Assembly: GCA_963741955.1 (NCBI GenBank)
Contig: CAVUKB010000005.1
Coordinates: forward strand, 320,001-384,000
Direction: 5' to 3'
From: an uncultured Acidobacteriota bacterium
GTDB taxonomy: Bacteria > Acidobacteriota > Thermoanaerobaculia > Gp7-AA8
DNA: 64,000 nucleotides
In this document: positions 19,069 to 28,020 of the stretch, piece by piece
Numbering within the stretch: position 1 is the stretch's first letter
Layout of the letters: each line of letters opens with the position of its first letter
The notes under the pieces: model-generated
The model's database searches: none
The model's input: only the letters and a program-made list of their open reading frames with translations
Told to the model about the DNA's origin: nothing
Position numbers and translations under genes: made by a program

Positions 19069-19797
19069 ATGCGTGTCGCTATCGCGATCACTCTCCTCGT
19101 ATGGGCAGCACCGGTCCTCCGGGCGCAATCATCGGACGGAGAGTGCCGCCTCGGGGCCTACTATCTCGCCCGCGGTGACTTCGCACGAGCGTTGACCACT
19201 CTCGATTCCTATGTTTCCGACCGCTCCTCTCCCGCCTCCGATCTGAACCTTCGCGGCATCGCGGAGATGATGAGTGGCCAGCCCGACCGGGCGGCGGAAA
19301 CGTTCGCTCTGGCGATGAAGAAGGATCCCGACTCTCAGCAGGCCCGTTTCAATCATGGCCTCGCTCTCCTGAAATCAAAGAGCTTCGCCGCGGCGATTCC
19401 CGATTTCGCCTCCGTGTACGAGAAGGCGTCGAGCGCCGGACTGAAGGCCCGTGCGGCGTATCACCTCGCGCTCGCGGAATGCGGTCTGCTCCGCTACGAT
19501 GAGGCGACGAAATGGCTCGAGTTTGCCGTCCGACTCGATCCGTCGATCGATGACGCATGGTTGTTTCTGGGCGTTGCATACGAGCACCAGAACCGTTTCC
19601 AGCAGGCGGGCCGGGCATATCGTGTGTATCTCGACCGGCATCCCGATTCCATTGTGGCCATGCTCCGGTTCGGCGTTGCGGCACTGCGTGACGGGGCGAT
19701 CGATACCGCAAAGAGCTATCTGCGCAAGGTGGTGGATCGGGCTCCGTCGAGCGTCGAATCCGCGGAGGCGCGGAAATACCTCGTGATGTGGGAGTGA
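19069..19797 (+). CDS. Exported TPR protein
   Basis: Signal peptide and repeated TPR helices. Confidence 0.8.
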   Translation: MRVAIAITLLVWAAPVLRAQSSDGECRLGAYYLARGDFARALTTLDSYVSDRSSPASDLNLRGIAEMMSGQPDRAAETFALAMKKDPDSQQARFNHGLALLKSKSFAAAIPDFASVYEKASSAGLKARAAYHLALAECGLLRYDEATKWLEFAVRLDPSIDDAWLFLGVAYEHQNRFQQAGRAYRVYLDRHPDSIVAMLRFGVAALRDGAIDTAKSYLRKVVDRAPSSVESAEARKYLVMWE

Positions 19798-19800
19798 TGC

Positions 19801-20163
19801 GTGGTCTTTAGCAAGATTCTGAATGACATGGTCCATTCCACTCGGGGCGCCGTCGGTGCGGCCTTCCTCGACCATCAGGGTGAGGCCGTCGAGCTCGTCG
19901 CTTCCGGCCTCGAACCGTACGACGTCCAGGTGATCGGTGCCTACCAGGGAATCTTCCTCGGTCAGCTGGAAGAGCTCTGCCGACGCCTCGATGGCGGCAC
20001 TCCCCTCCGGACGAAATTCTCCTGGGAGAGTTTCAGTCTCCTCAATACCGTGGTGGACGACGGATATTATGTAGTGCTGGTTCTCGCTGACTCAGCTCAC
20101 GAAGGACTGGCATGGCAGCGGCTAGAAGAATGCCGCAAGCGAATTCTGGAGGAGATCGGTTGA
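19801..20163 (+). CDS. Roadblock/LC7 (MglB-like) protein
   Basis: GAVGAAFLDHQGEAV...YYVVLVL...GLAWQRL pattern, 120 aa. Confidence 0.75.
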   Translation: MVFSKILNDMVHSTRGAVGAAFLDHQGEAVELVASGLEPYDVQVIGAYQGIFLGQLEELCRRLDGGTPLRTKFSWESFSLLNTVVDDGYYVVLVLADSAHEGLAWQRLEECRKRILEEIG

Positions 20164-20966
20164 AACAATCGCAAGCGCCGGGTGGTCGGATCGACTACAT
20201 CGATACGGGCCAGGGCGTACCGTTTCTCTGGATCCACGGCTTTCCGCTCTCTTCCGCTGTTTTCGAGTCGCAGCTCGAGATCGGAGGGGTCCGACACATC
20301 GTTCCGGATCTTCCCGGATTCGGAAACTCTCCCCATCAGCCGAGCCTCGCGATCGACGACTACGCGAAACGTCTTCTCGCACTTCTCGACGACCTTGGGG
20401 TCGATACTGCGGTCGTCGGGGGTCTCTCGATGGGAGGATACATCGCACTCGCGCTCGCGCGGTTGGAACCACGACGCCTCCGGGCGCTCGTTCTGATCGA
20501 CTCGCGTGAGGTCCCGGATACTCCCGAAGGACGGGAAAACCGTTGGAAGCAGATCGAGACTGTTAAGAACGAAGGGACCACTCAACTGATCGAGCAGATG
20601 CTTCCGAAGATGCTCTCGCCGCGAACGCTTGCCGCCGCCGGCGAAGAGAGTCGAAAGGTTCGCGCGATCATGGAGTCGGCGTCGAAAGAGGGTGTGATGA
20701 CGGCCCTCGCCGCCATGGCGGTGCGCGGCGATTCGAGCGCGGCCTTGCGGGATCTCGACGTGCCGTTGCTGGTGACCGTCGGAGACGAAGACACGATCAC
20801 TTCGGTCGAGGATGCGCAGAGGATGCAGTCACTCGCCCGGATCGCTTCGATCGAGATCATTCCGGGAGCGGCTCATCTCTCGAATCTCGAGCGCCCCCGG
20901 GAGTTCAACCAGGCCGTGAGCGGCTTCCTTCGCCGCCATGGGATTCTTTCCGGAGAGGGACGATGA
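20160..20966 (+). CDS. Alpha/beta hydrolase
   Basis: HGFP, DLPGFG, GLSMGG, GAAHLSNLE. Confidence 0.92.
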   Translation: MKQSQAPGGRIDYIDTGQGVPFLWIHGFPLSSAVFESQLEIGGVRHIVPDLPGFGNSPHQPSLAIDDYAKRLLALLDDLGVDTAVVGGLSMGGYIALALARLEPRRLRALVLIDSREVPDTPEGRENRWKQIETVKNEGTTQLIEQMLPKMLSPRTLAAAGEESRKVRAIMESASKEGVMTALAAMAVRGDSSAALRDLDVPLLVTVGDEDTITSVEDAQRMQSLARIASIEIIPGAAHLSNLERPREFNQAVSGFLRRHGILSGEGR

Positions 20967-21415
20967 TGCGCATGTCCCGCATCCTCTCCTCGGTTCTCCT
21001 CGTCGCTCCGCTCGTCGGGTGCAACCCGGCGGTGCGAACACCGCAGCCTGCGGCGCAACAGGTCCGGACGATCGAGAACACTCCGATCGACGGCATTCCC
21101 ATCGAACAGCCTCCGACCACCGAACCGGTGCAGACCACCACCGCTTCCGCCACGACCGCTGCGGCGGGCAACGAAAAGGGACGTGACGAGGGGCCCGGAA
21201 TGAAGACCGGCCTCCCTCCGATCAATCCCAAGACTCTCCCCTTTTCTCCTCCCATCGCCATGGATCCGGTCGACGGCGCCAAGATTGCGATCACTCCCTC
21301 CACCCCCTACGTGGAGTACAAGGGGAAGTACTACTACTTCGGTACGCGGGAAAACGAGCGTGCGTTCGTCGCCGATCCGGAGAAGTATCTCCACGGCCAG
21401 CTGGTGCACTTCTAG
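20963..21415 (+). CDS. Lipoprotein with C-terminal YHS/TRASH-like domain
   Basis: Lipobox LVGC; DPVDG...YKGKYYYFG...AFVADPEKY. Confidence 0.75.
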   Translation: MMRMSRILSSVLLVAPLVGCNPAVRTPQPAAQQVRTIENTPIDGIPIEQPPTTEPVQTTTASATTAAAGNEKGRDEGPGMKTGLPPINPKTLPFSPPIAMDPVDGAKIAITPSTPYVEYKGKYYYFGTRENERAFVADPEKYLHGQLVHF

Positions 21416-21445
21416 CCCGTCACGGAGAGCCGTCTCCGTCGGGCG

Positions 21446-21832
21446 TGGACCCTCTGATCCGCGTGCGGTGATCGGGGTCAGAGCCGATTGAGTCGATTAC
21501 TGCGGCAGAAGCGGAGCGGGTCGCCAGATTGACTGAGGCTCGCGGGATCCGCGACTTATCTCTTCATCTGGTACAACACCATCCTCGCTGCAGATCCCGT
21601 GATCGGGGAAAGCAGGGTCAGAGCCGATTGTATGCCTGGACCCTCTGATCCGCATGCGGTGATCGGGGTCAGGGTGATCGGGGTCAGAGCGCATTACGCG
21701 GTGATCGGGGTCAGAGCCGATTGAGTCGATTACTGCGGCAGAAGCGGAGCGGGTCGCCAGATTGACTGAGGCTCGCGGGATCCGCGACTTATCTCTTCAT
21801 CTGGTACAACACGATCCTCGCTGCAGATCCCG
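21446..21832 (+). repeat. Orphan GGGGTCAGAGC array 2 with a 135-bp direct duplication
   Basis: ggtgatcggggtcag x4 plus cagggtcagagccgattg; 21465-21599 matches 21698-21832 with one mismatch; tggaccctctgatccgc at 21446 and 21637. Confidence 0.9.
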
Positions 21833-21962
21833 CCGAGCGGCATTCGCTTCCAATTCCGGTTCGTCCTTCCCGCGCGATCCTCCCCTTCGGCCGCTCCGGG
21901 CGAAACAGGACGTGAACTACGAGACCATGCCCGGGAGGCGGACGGCGGTGAACGATCGGCAC

Positions 21963-22409
21963 TCAGCGGACGGTCGGCGGGAGAAAAGGGCCGAATCCTT
22001 GCCAGATCTCCTTCGGCACGGTGGTCGGACGGCGGGTCCGTGCATCCACCCACAGGTGGCTGCTGAATCCGCGTGCACATGAGGCGGAGCCGGTTGCGTC
22101 GCACAACTCGTACGCGAAACGGAGAGCACGACTACCCGCGCTCTCGATCGAGGTCCGGATCACGACTTCGTCGTCGTAGCGGAACGGACTGAGATAGCGG
22201 CACCCGACTTCCACCACGACCAGCATCCACCCTGCAGCCTCGATCTCGCGATAGCTCAGGCCAGCTTCCCGGCAGAGATCCGTCCTTCCGATCTCGAACC
22301 AGACGATGTGGTTCGAGTGGTGGGCGATACCCATCTGGTCGGTCTCTTTGTAGCGGACTCTGATCCGGCTTTCAGTGTGGCGTCTCGATTCGCTGGTCGT
22401 CTTCACCAT
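21963..22409 (-). CDS. Acyl-CoA thioesterase (YbgC/4HBT family)
   Basis: RVRYKETDQMGIAHH, FEIGR. Confidence 0.9.
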   Translation of the reverse strand: MVKTTSESRRHTESRIRVRYKETDQMGIAHHSNHIVWFEIGRTDLCREAGLSYREIEAAGWMLVVVEVGCRYLSPFRYDDEVVIRTSIESAGSRALRFAYELCDATGSASCARGFSSHLWVDARTRRPTTVPKEIWQGFGPFLPPTVR

Positions 22410-22586
22410 CGCTCCTTCGTGCGTATTATGCAGGGGAATCATCGGAGGCGGATGTGCGGCGCGGGCTGGAAGATCTCAGCGACGCGATCAGGAGGTTCGA
22501 CCGCCACGAACCGAGAAGATCGCCTCTTCGCCGAGCGGCGAGGAGCGCGCCTTCCGGCGTTCCCGGAGCGGGGGCAATCCCGAAGC

Positions 22587-23795
22587 TCACACCCGCAGCG
22601 AGCGATCGCCCTTGCAGAAGCTCACGGGACGTCCGCTGTCGTCGATCCAGAGAGTGTCTTCGATGCGCACGCCGATCTTCTCGTCCGGGAAATAGAGTCC
22701 CGGCTCGATGGTGAGGACGTCGCCGACCTCGATCAGATCGAGGTTCGACGGGGCAATCGAGAACGAGGGCCGCTCGTGGACCTGAAGGCCGACCCCGTGC
22801 CCCAGGAGGTGCACATATCCGTGATCCGTCTTCGGATCGCTGCGAAGAGTCGGATAGCCTCGCTCTTCGAAGTAGTCGCAGACGAGGTTCTGGTAGTCCG
22901 ATGCTCGCGTGCCGGCTTTCATGGAGTCGCGGGCTCTTTCGAACGCCGCGAGCACATCGGCGTGAATCTCTCCGAGTCGTGCCGGAATCTCGCCCGGACA
23001 GAGCGTGCGAGTCAGGTCGAAGAAGTAGCCGCTCTGCCGGTCCGCAGGGAAAATGTCGATTACCAGCGGGACGGACGCACGCACGGGATCCTCGGGCGTT
23101 CCGCGGGAGTGGGGCACCGCCGCGTCGAATCCCTGAGAGACGATGGTCTCGTGGTCTTCGACCATCCCGAGACGAACGATCTCCGTCGAGACCAGGGTCT
23201 TGAGGTCTCCGATGAGGAGCCGCTTCCCGTTCGTGTACAGCTCTCCGGAGCGAATCTCGGATGAGCGGAGCAGATCCCGAACGCTCTGGACAACCTGCTC
23301 GGTCCGTTCAGCAACGCTCGCGATCGCCTCGATCTCGTGCGGCTCTTTCCTCTTCCGGGCGAGCGCGAGGTAGTCCTCGCCCACTCCATGGTGGATCGGG
23401 ATTCCTTCCTGCTCGAGCCGGGGAACCACTTCGGCGTAAAGATCCACCGGCCCGAGTCCGTAAAACGCGAACGGCCCGGGAAGTGAGAGATCCGCGAAGA
23501 TGCGGCGAAAGAACCGGCTCCACGCATCGACCGGAGTCGACGCGTCACGGAAGATCGCCGGCTGATCGAAGTCGAGAACGGAGCGGGTCGGCAGACCGAC
23601 GCTGCCCGCCTCTTCACGCTCCATGGGATAGTGGAGCAGCAGAGGCTCGGAGCCGCGCGATTTCAAGACATGACCCCTGGTCAGTGCGGCTCCGCGAGTG
23701 AGCCAGCGGAACGAAGGGTCGAGCGCTTCGTGCATCGACACCACGATGGTGCCGATGCCGGCGGAGGACATGAGCGTGTCGAGGTCGGAAAGCAT
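22587..23795 (-). CDS. Xaa-Pro peptidase (M24)
   Basis: IDIFP, DLTRT, HLLGHGVGLQVHE, EPGLY, RIED. Confidence 0.92.
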   Translation of the reverse strand: MLSDLDTLMSSAGIGTIVVSMHEALDPSFRWLTRGAALTRGHVLKSRGSEPLLLHYPMEREEAGSVGLPTRSVLDFDQPAIFRDASTPVDAWSRFFRRIFADLSLPGPFAFYGLGPVDLYAEVVPRLEQEGIPIHHGVGEDYLALARKRKEPHEIEAIASVAERTEQVVQSVRDLLRSSEIRSGELYTNGKRLLIGDLKTLVSTEIVRLGMVEDHETIVSQGFDAAVPHSRGTPEDPVRASVPLVIDIFPADRQSGYFFDLTRTLCPGEIPARLGEIHADVLAAFERARDSMKAGTRASDYQNLVCDYFEERGYPTLRSDPKTDHGYVHLLGHGVGLQVHERPSFSIAPSNLDLIEVGDVLTIEPGLYFPDEKIGVRIEDTLWIDDSGRPVSFCKGDRSLRV

Positions 23796-23805
23796 CGTCC
23801 GCAGC

Positions 23806-24132
23806 TCAGAGGTTCCGCTCGATGAACTTCTTCAGCTCGTTCTTCGGGAGGAGTCCGACCGCGCGGTCCGCGACCTGACCGTTCTTGAAGATGATCAGAG
23901 TCGGGATCGCGGTGACCTGAAACCGCTGGGCAACTCCCGGGTTGTCGTCGACATTCATCTTCACCATCTTCGCTTTGCCTTCGTACGACGGCGCCAGCTC
24001 CTCGATGATCGGTCCGATCACCCGGCAGGGGCCGCACCACGGCGCCCAGAAATCGATCAGCGTCGGCTTGTCCGACTGCAGAACGTCCTGCTCGAAACTC
24101 TGATCCGAAACTTCGTGCACGTGATCGGCCAT
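23806..24132 (-). CDS. trxA: Thioredoxin
   Basis: WCGPC, 108 aa. Confidence 0.96.
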   Translation of the reverse strand: MADHVHEVSDQSFEQDVLQSDKPTLIDFWAPWCGPCRVIGPIIEELAPSYEGKAKMVKMNVDDNPGVAQRFQVTAIPTLIIFKNGQVADRAVGLLPKNELKKFIERNL

Positions 24133-24456
24133 CCGGTGACTCTCCTTTTGCGACTGATCGGCCTGCGGAAAAATCTCCCGCCGCGGCTCATTCGCCCTAT
24201 GTTATAGAAATCCGCTCCTCCCATCGAGCGACGATCGTCCGTACGTTCGGCATCGTACTGATCGTTGCTGTCCGCCCACTGATGCGAGAGAATCGCCCTG
24301 ATCGGGCGGAGGCGCCGAGCGAATCCTGAAACCCATTCCCCGAAGGTCCAGCAAGAGAGTCTTCCCTTCCCTGGTTTCGCGGGCTCATCCTGGCACGCCA
24401 TACGCAGTAAAGATGTAAATAACCCGCCGGCTCAGGCCGCCGGGATCACCTTTGAT

Positions 24457-25185
24457 ATGCCCGAACGAAGAAAAGAGAAGCGCCCTGCGTCTTCGGATCG
24501 CCGGTCGTTCCCGCGTCCTCCCCTCTGGTTGAATCTCACCGTTCTGATTCTGGCGCTCACGCTGGTCTCGGTCGCCAAGATCCACCGAATCAGACTCAAT
24601 CAACAGTTTCAACATTTCGTCGCGGCGGACCAGAGTTCCCCCGAGGAGCTTCGGCAGCTGCGGAATCAGCTGGCGTCGATGGATCTGAGCCGAGAGGAGA
24701 TGAAACAGGAGCTCGACAGCCGGCTCGGAATGATCGAAGGGCTGCGATCGGACGAGTTCTACCTGTCGATCGACCACGCGCGGGGAAAGCTCTATCTGTA
24801 TTACGGAGACAAGATCATACGCGAAGCAGATGTCCGCGTCGGCTCTTCTGCGACGATCCGCACCCGCGACGGAGCGAAGCAATGGACGTTCGTTCCTCTT
24901 CGCGGCGCGTTCCGAGTGACTGGAAAACGGGTTGGACTCGACTGGAAGATACCCGAATGGGTTTACGTCCGTGAGGGGCGTCCCGTTCCCGCCGAACGTC
25001 CGTCCATCGAAGGCGGCCTCGGAAACTACGTGATCTTCCTTCCGAATCATTACGTCATCCATTCGCCGCCGGCCGACTCGAGCCCTCTCCGCGGACCGAA
25101 ACCGGGGTCATTCATGGTTCCGGAAGAAGATCTCCGAGCGATATGGCCGCGAATTGAAAAGGGAATGCAGGTCTACATCTTTTAG
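24457..25185 (+). CDS. L,D-transpeptidase (YkuD)-fold protein lacking the catalytic Cys
   Basis: TM, coiled coil, YkuD-like core; YVIHS...KPGSFMV in place of H...SHGC. Confidence 0.7.
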   Translation: MPERRKEKRPASSDRRSFPRPPLWLNLTVLILALTLVSVAKIHRIRLNQQFQHFVAADQSSPEELRQLRNQLASMDLSREEMKQELDSRLGMIEGLRSDEFYLSIDHARGKLYLYYGDKIIREADVRVGSSATIRTRDGAKQWTFVPLRGAFRVTGKRVGLDWKIPEWVYVREGRPVPAERPSIEGGLGNYVIFLPNHYVIHSPPADSSPLRGPKPGSFMVPEEDLRAIWPRIEKGMQVYIF

Positions 25186-25190
25186 GAGAG

Positions 25191-26129
25191 ATGATGTCAC
25201 GGTGGATCGGACTACTCGGATCATGGGCGCTTCTCGTGCTCGCAGTCGGCTTGCTGGTGATCGGCGCGACGGCCGAGACCATGAACGTCCGTGAATCGCG
25301 CCAGTTCAGAAGGATCGAATTCATCGACGACCTCGCCTCGGCGAGGATCGCAAAAGAGGTGACGGATCTCCGGCAGAACCGTGCAGCCGCGGCGGCTCGG
25401 GTGCAGAGCCTCCGGACGAAAGTGGCGGCCAGCGACCAACAGATCGATGACCTTCAGGATCCTGGACAGGTAATCACGGTCTCGACCGCCGAGAATCGCG
25501 TCTACCTCCGTCGTGGAAACAAGGTCGTTTTCAAGGCGGTCTGCTCGACCGGAAAGGGCACGGTCCTGGTCGATCAGGGACATACCATCGTCTTCAACAC
25601 CCCGGTCGGCAAGTTCCGGATCAAATCCAAGGAAGAGCACCCGACGTGGGTTCCACCCGACTGGTACTACGTCGAAGAAGCCCGGAAGAACGGGATGCGC
25701 GTCGTGCATCTCAATCGTGGCGATCGGATCGACGCCGACACCGGCGGTCCGGTACGCTCGAGCCGTGGTGGAGGATTCTGGTCGGTCTTCGGTGAAGATC
25801 CGTCTCCCGGGACTCGTGAGGTCATGCGCGTGTCAGGAAAGAACGTGGTGATCGACTCCGGAGGAACGACCCGTACGCTTCCAGCCGGGCACCTGATCAC
25901 GGCGGGCGACGCTGTGATCGTCCCTCCCATCGGCACCGCGCCGCGCGAGTATCCGGATGTTCTCGGCGTGCGCCGTCTGAATCTGGGCGACGGCTACGCG
26001 CTTCACGGCACGAACGCGGAAGAGCAGTTGGGAAGCAGCGTCTCTCACGGATGCGTGCGGCTGTCGAACGAGAACATCGAGCGTTTGTACGACATGGTGA
26101 ATGTCGGTGACGAAGTGGTCATCTACTAG
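25191..26129 (+). CDS. L,D-transpeptidase (YkuD)
   Basis: PTWVPP, YALHGT...VSHGCVRL. Confidence 0.9.
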   Translation: MMSRWIGLLGSWALLVLAVGLLVIGATAETMNVRESRQFRRIEFIDDLASARIAKEVTDLRQNRAAAAARVQSLRTKVAASDQQIDDLQDPGQVITVSTAENRVYLRRGNKVVFKAVCSTGKGTVLVDQGHTIVFNTPVGKFRIKSKEEHPTWVPPDWYYVEEARKNGMRVVHLNRGDRIDADTGGPVRSSRGGGFWSVFGEDPSPGTREVMRVSGKNVVIDSGGTTRTLPAGHLITAGDAVIVPPIGTAPREYPDVLGVRRLNLGDGYALHGTNAEEQLGSSVSHGCVRLSNENIERLYDMVNVGDEVVIY

Positions 26130-26306
26130 CCCGCATTTCTCACACCATCTCGCCGCGAGGAGGCGGAGAGTGGCCTGGATGCAAGGCGCGCGCAGCTTCG
26201 GCGACGAAGGCATAGTGGTGACTATGTTGAGGAGCCGAAGCGGGGCTCAACGCGGCAGACAGGCCGCTATCCGGCTCCGCAGCAGAGATGGTGTGAGAAA
26301 TGCGGG
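26130..26306. mobile_element. MITE family A (177 bp)
   Basis: 22-bp TIR cccgcatttctcacaccatctc / gagatggtgtgagaaatgcggg, flanked by CTAG on both sides; internally palindromic. Confidence 0.9.
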
Positions 26307-26310
26307 CTAG

Positions 26311-26469
26311 GAGTCTGCGCGGTAGAAACTGTCTTACTGCGAAAGCGGATCAGCGGTCCAAATTCGTCCGGATTCTCGGCGAGTAGCCACCGCTACGCAC
26401 CTCAAATCCGATCGAATTTGGCCTCGCTGCTCCGCTTTCTCGCTACGGACGTTCCTATCGCGCAGACTC
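26311..26469. mobile_element. MITE family B (159 bp) with ends matching the IS1182 element
   Basis: gagtctgcgcggtag...ctatcgcgcagactc, flanked by CTAG. Confidence 0.9.
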
Positions 26470-26549
26470 CTAGCCACTCCCGCGGGCCGGATGCGCGACA
26501 CGACGCGATCGGCATCGCGACTCGTTCCTCTCCGGCATAGAATCTCCCT

Positions 26550-27158
26550 ATGCAGATCTGGCGTGACCGACTGGGGAGATGGCTGCGACCTCTGGCTCGA
26601 CGCTCTCCCCTCTCCCCCAATGCGATCACAGTGGTCGCGCTTCTGCTGAACCTGGCCGCGGCGGTGACTCTCGCGATGGGTCTCATCCATCCGGTTCTCT
26701 TTCTCGTGTCCATCCCCCTCACGGGCGTGGGAGGATTATGCGACGCCCTCGACGGAGCGGTGGCACGTGAGCGTAATCTGCGAACCGACTTCGGCGACTT
26801 TCTCGATCATCTGTTCGATCGAATCAGCGACGCGTCCCTCACCGTCGGATGGATCGTCGGAACGGCGGTTCGGCCCTCGATCGGAGCTGCGGCCGTGGTC
26901 GGGGTGATGCTCAACGGCTACATCGGCACCCAGATTGAAGCGACGTGGGGAAGGCGATCGTACGAAGGTACCGGGCGAGGCGAGTTCATCGTCGCCCTCC
27001 TCGTCTACCCGGTCACGGCGTATCTTCTGGCTCGAAACGGAGCTTCGCAGATGAGATGGCTGACTCTCACCGTCCCCGAATGGCTGACCGCCGCGATGGC
27101 GCTCTTGGCGTTCCTCGGAATCGGCCAACGGTTCAGGGAGGCGTCGCTGCTGGGATGA
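26550..27158 (+). CDS. CDP-alcohol phosphatidyltransferase family protein
   Basis: PNAIT, DALDGAVAR...FGDFLDHLFDRISD; TAGAAT 6 nt before ATG. Confidence 0.9.
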   Translation: MQIWRDRLGRWLRPLARRSPLSPNAITVVALLLNLAAAVTLAMGLIHPVLFLVSIPLTGVGGLCDALDGAVARERNLRTDFGDFLDHLFDRISDASLTVGWIVGTAVRPSIGAAAVVGVMLNGYIGTQIEATWGRRSYEGTGRGEFIVALLVYPVTAYLLARNGASQMRWLTLTVPEWLTAAMALLAFLGIGQRFREASLLG

Positions 27159-27165
27159 GCGCGGC

Positions 27166-28020
27166 ATGAGAGCCTACCTATGGTTTCCGGCGGCAGTCGC
27201 GATCGTCCTCGTCGTGGCGGAGATCCTCGCCCAGTGGATGAAGAGCCGGTCGCTCTTTTTTCCCGACCAGTACCCTGCGGGCGAGTGGAACAACACCGTG
27301 CTTCAGCCGAGACCCGAGGAGGTCCGGTTCAGGACGGCCGACGGTGTCGAGCTCCACGGCTGGTTTTTTCACGGAGAGACCGGGCGTCCCGTTCTGATCT
27401 GGTTCCACGGCAACGCCGGCAACATCACCGGCCGGGCATCGACCGCCTGCAGGCTCGCCGCGCGCGGACTGTCGGTATTCCTCTTCGACTACCGCGGATA
27501 CGGGAAAAGCGAAGGGAAGCCGTCGGAGAAGGGCCTGCTGCTCGACTCTCTGGCTGCATACGACCGATTGGCGGAGAGATACGCGCCGAACGCCGATCGA
27601 TTCGTTCTGTACGGTGAATCGCTCGGCGGGCCCTACGCTGCGAAAGTGGCTACGCTGCGACCCGCTCGATGCGTGGTCATCGAAAACTCGTTCCCGTCGC
27701 TGGCCGCGATGGCGAATCACATCTATCGTCCCTTCCCGATCGGTTTTCTCCTCCCCTTCTCTCTCACCACGTCGCGATGGCTTCGTCGTGCGGGCCTTCC
27801 AGTTCTGGTCATGCATGGAAGGAGGGACATGACGATCCCGTTCGAGCTCGGTCTCGAGCTCTACCGATCGATCCCCTCCCCGAAAGAGCTGTTCATCTCT
27901 CCGGATGCCGATCACACTGAGATTCCCGAGGTGTCAGGCGAAACGTACGAGCGTACGGTGATCGAGTTCATCGAACGGGTGGGGCGAGCCTCGATGCCGC
28001 AGCGCGGGGTCAGGGGATGA
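27166..28020 (+). CDS. Alpha/beta hydrolase (ABHD12/13-like)
   Basis: FHGNAGN, DYRGYG, GESLGG. Confidence 0.9.
   Translation: MRAYLWFPAAVAIVLVVAEILAQWMKSRSLFFPDQYPAGEWNNTVLQPRPEEVRFRTADGVELHGWFFHGETGRPVLIWFHGNAGNITGRASTACRLAARGLSVFLFDYRGYGKSEGKPSEKGLLLDSLAAYDRLAERYAPNADRFVLYGESLGGPYAAKVATLRPARCVVIENSFPSLAAMANHIYRPFPIGFLLPFSLTTSRWLRRAGLPVLVMHGRRDMTIPFELGLELYRSIPSPKELFISPDADHTEIPEVSGETYERTVIEFIERVGRASMPQRGVRG

Noticed and set aside
21412-21443. MITE-A start at ctagcccg after the YHS gene
   Set aside because: The match ends after 8 bp; the sequence is a small terminator-like hairpin.
26334-26722. ORFs spanning the MITEs (also 31586-31855, 33332-33874, 37974-38315)
   Set aside because: The shared peptide text only reflects the repeated DNA; there is no evidence of coding function.
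28005-28016. Extra GGGGTCAG copy at the end of the hydrolase gene
   Set aside because: Single partial match inside a CDS, doubling as the SD region of the next gene; expected by chance.
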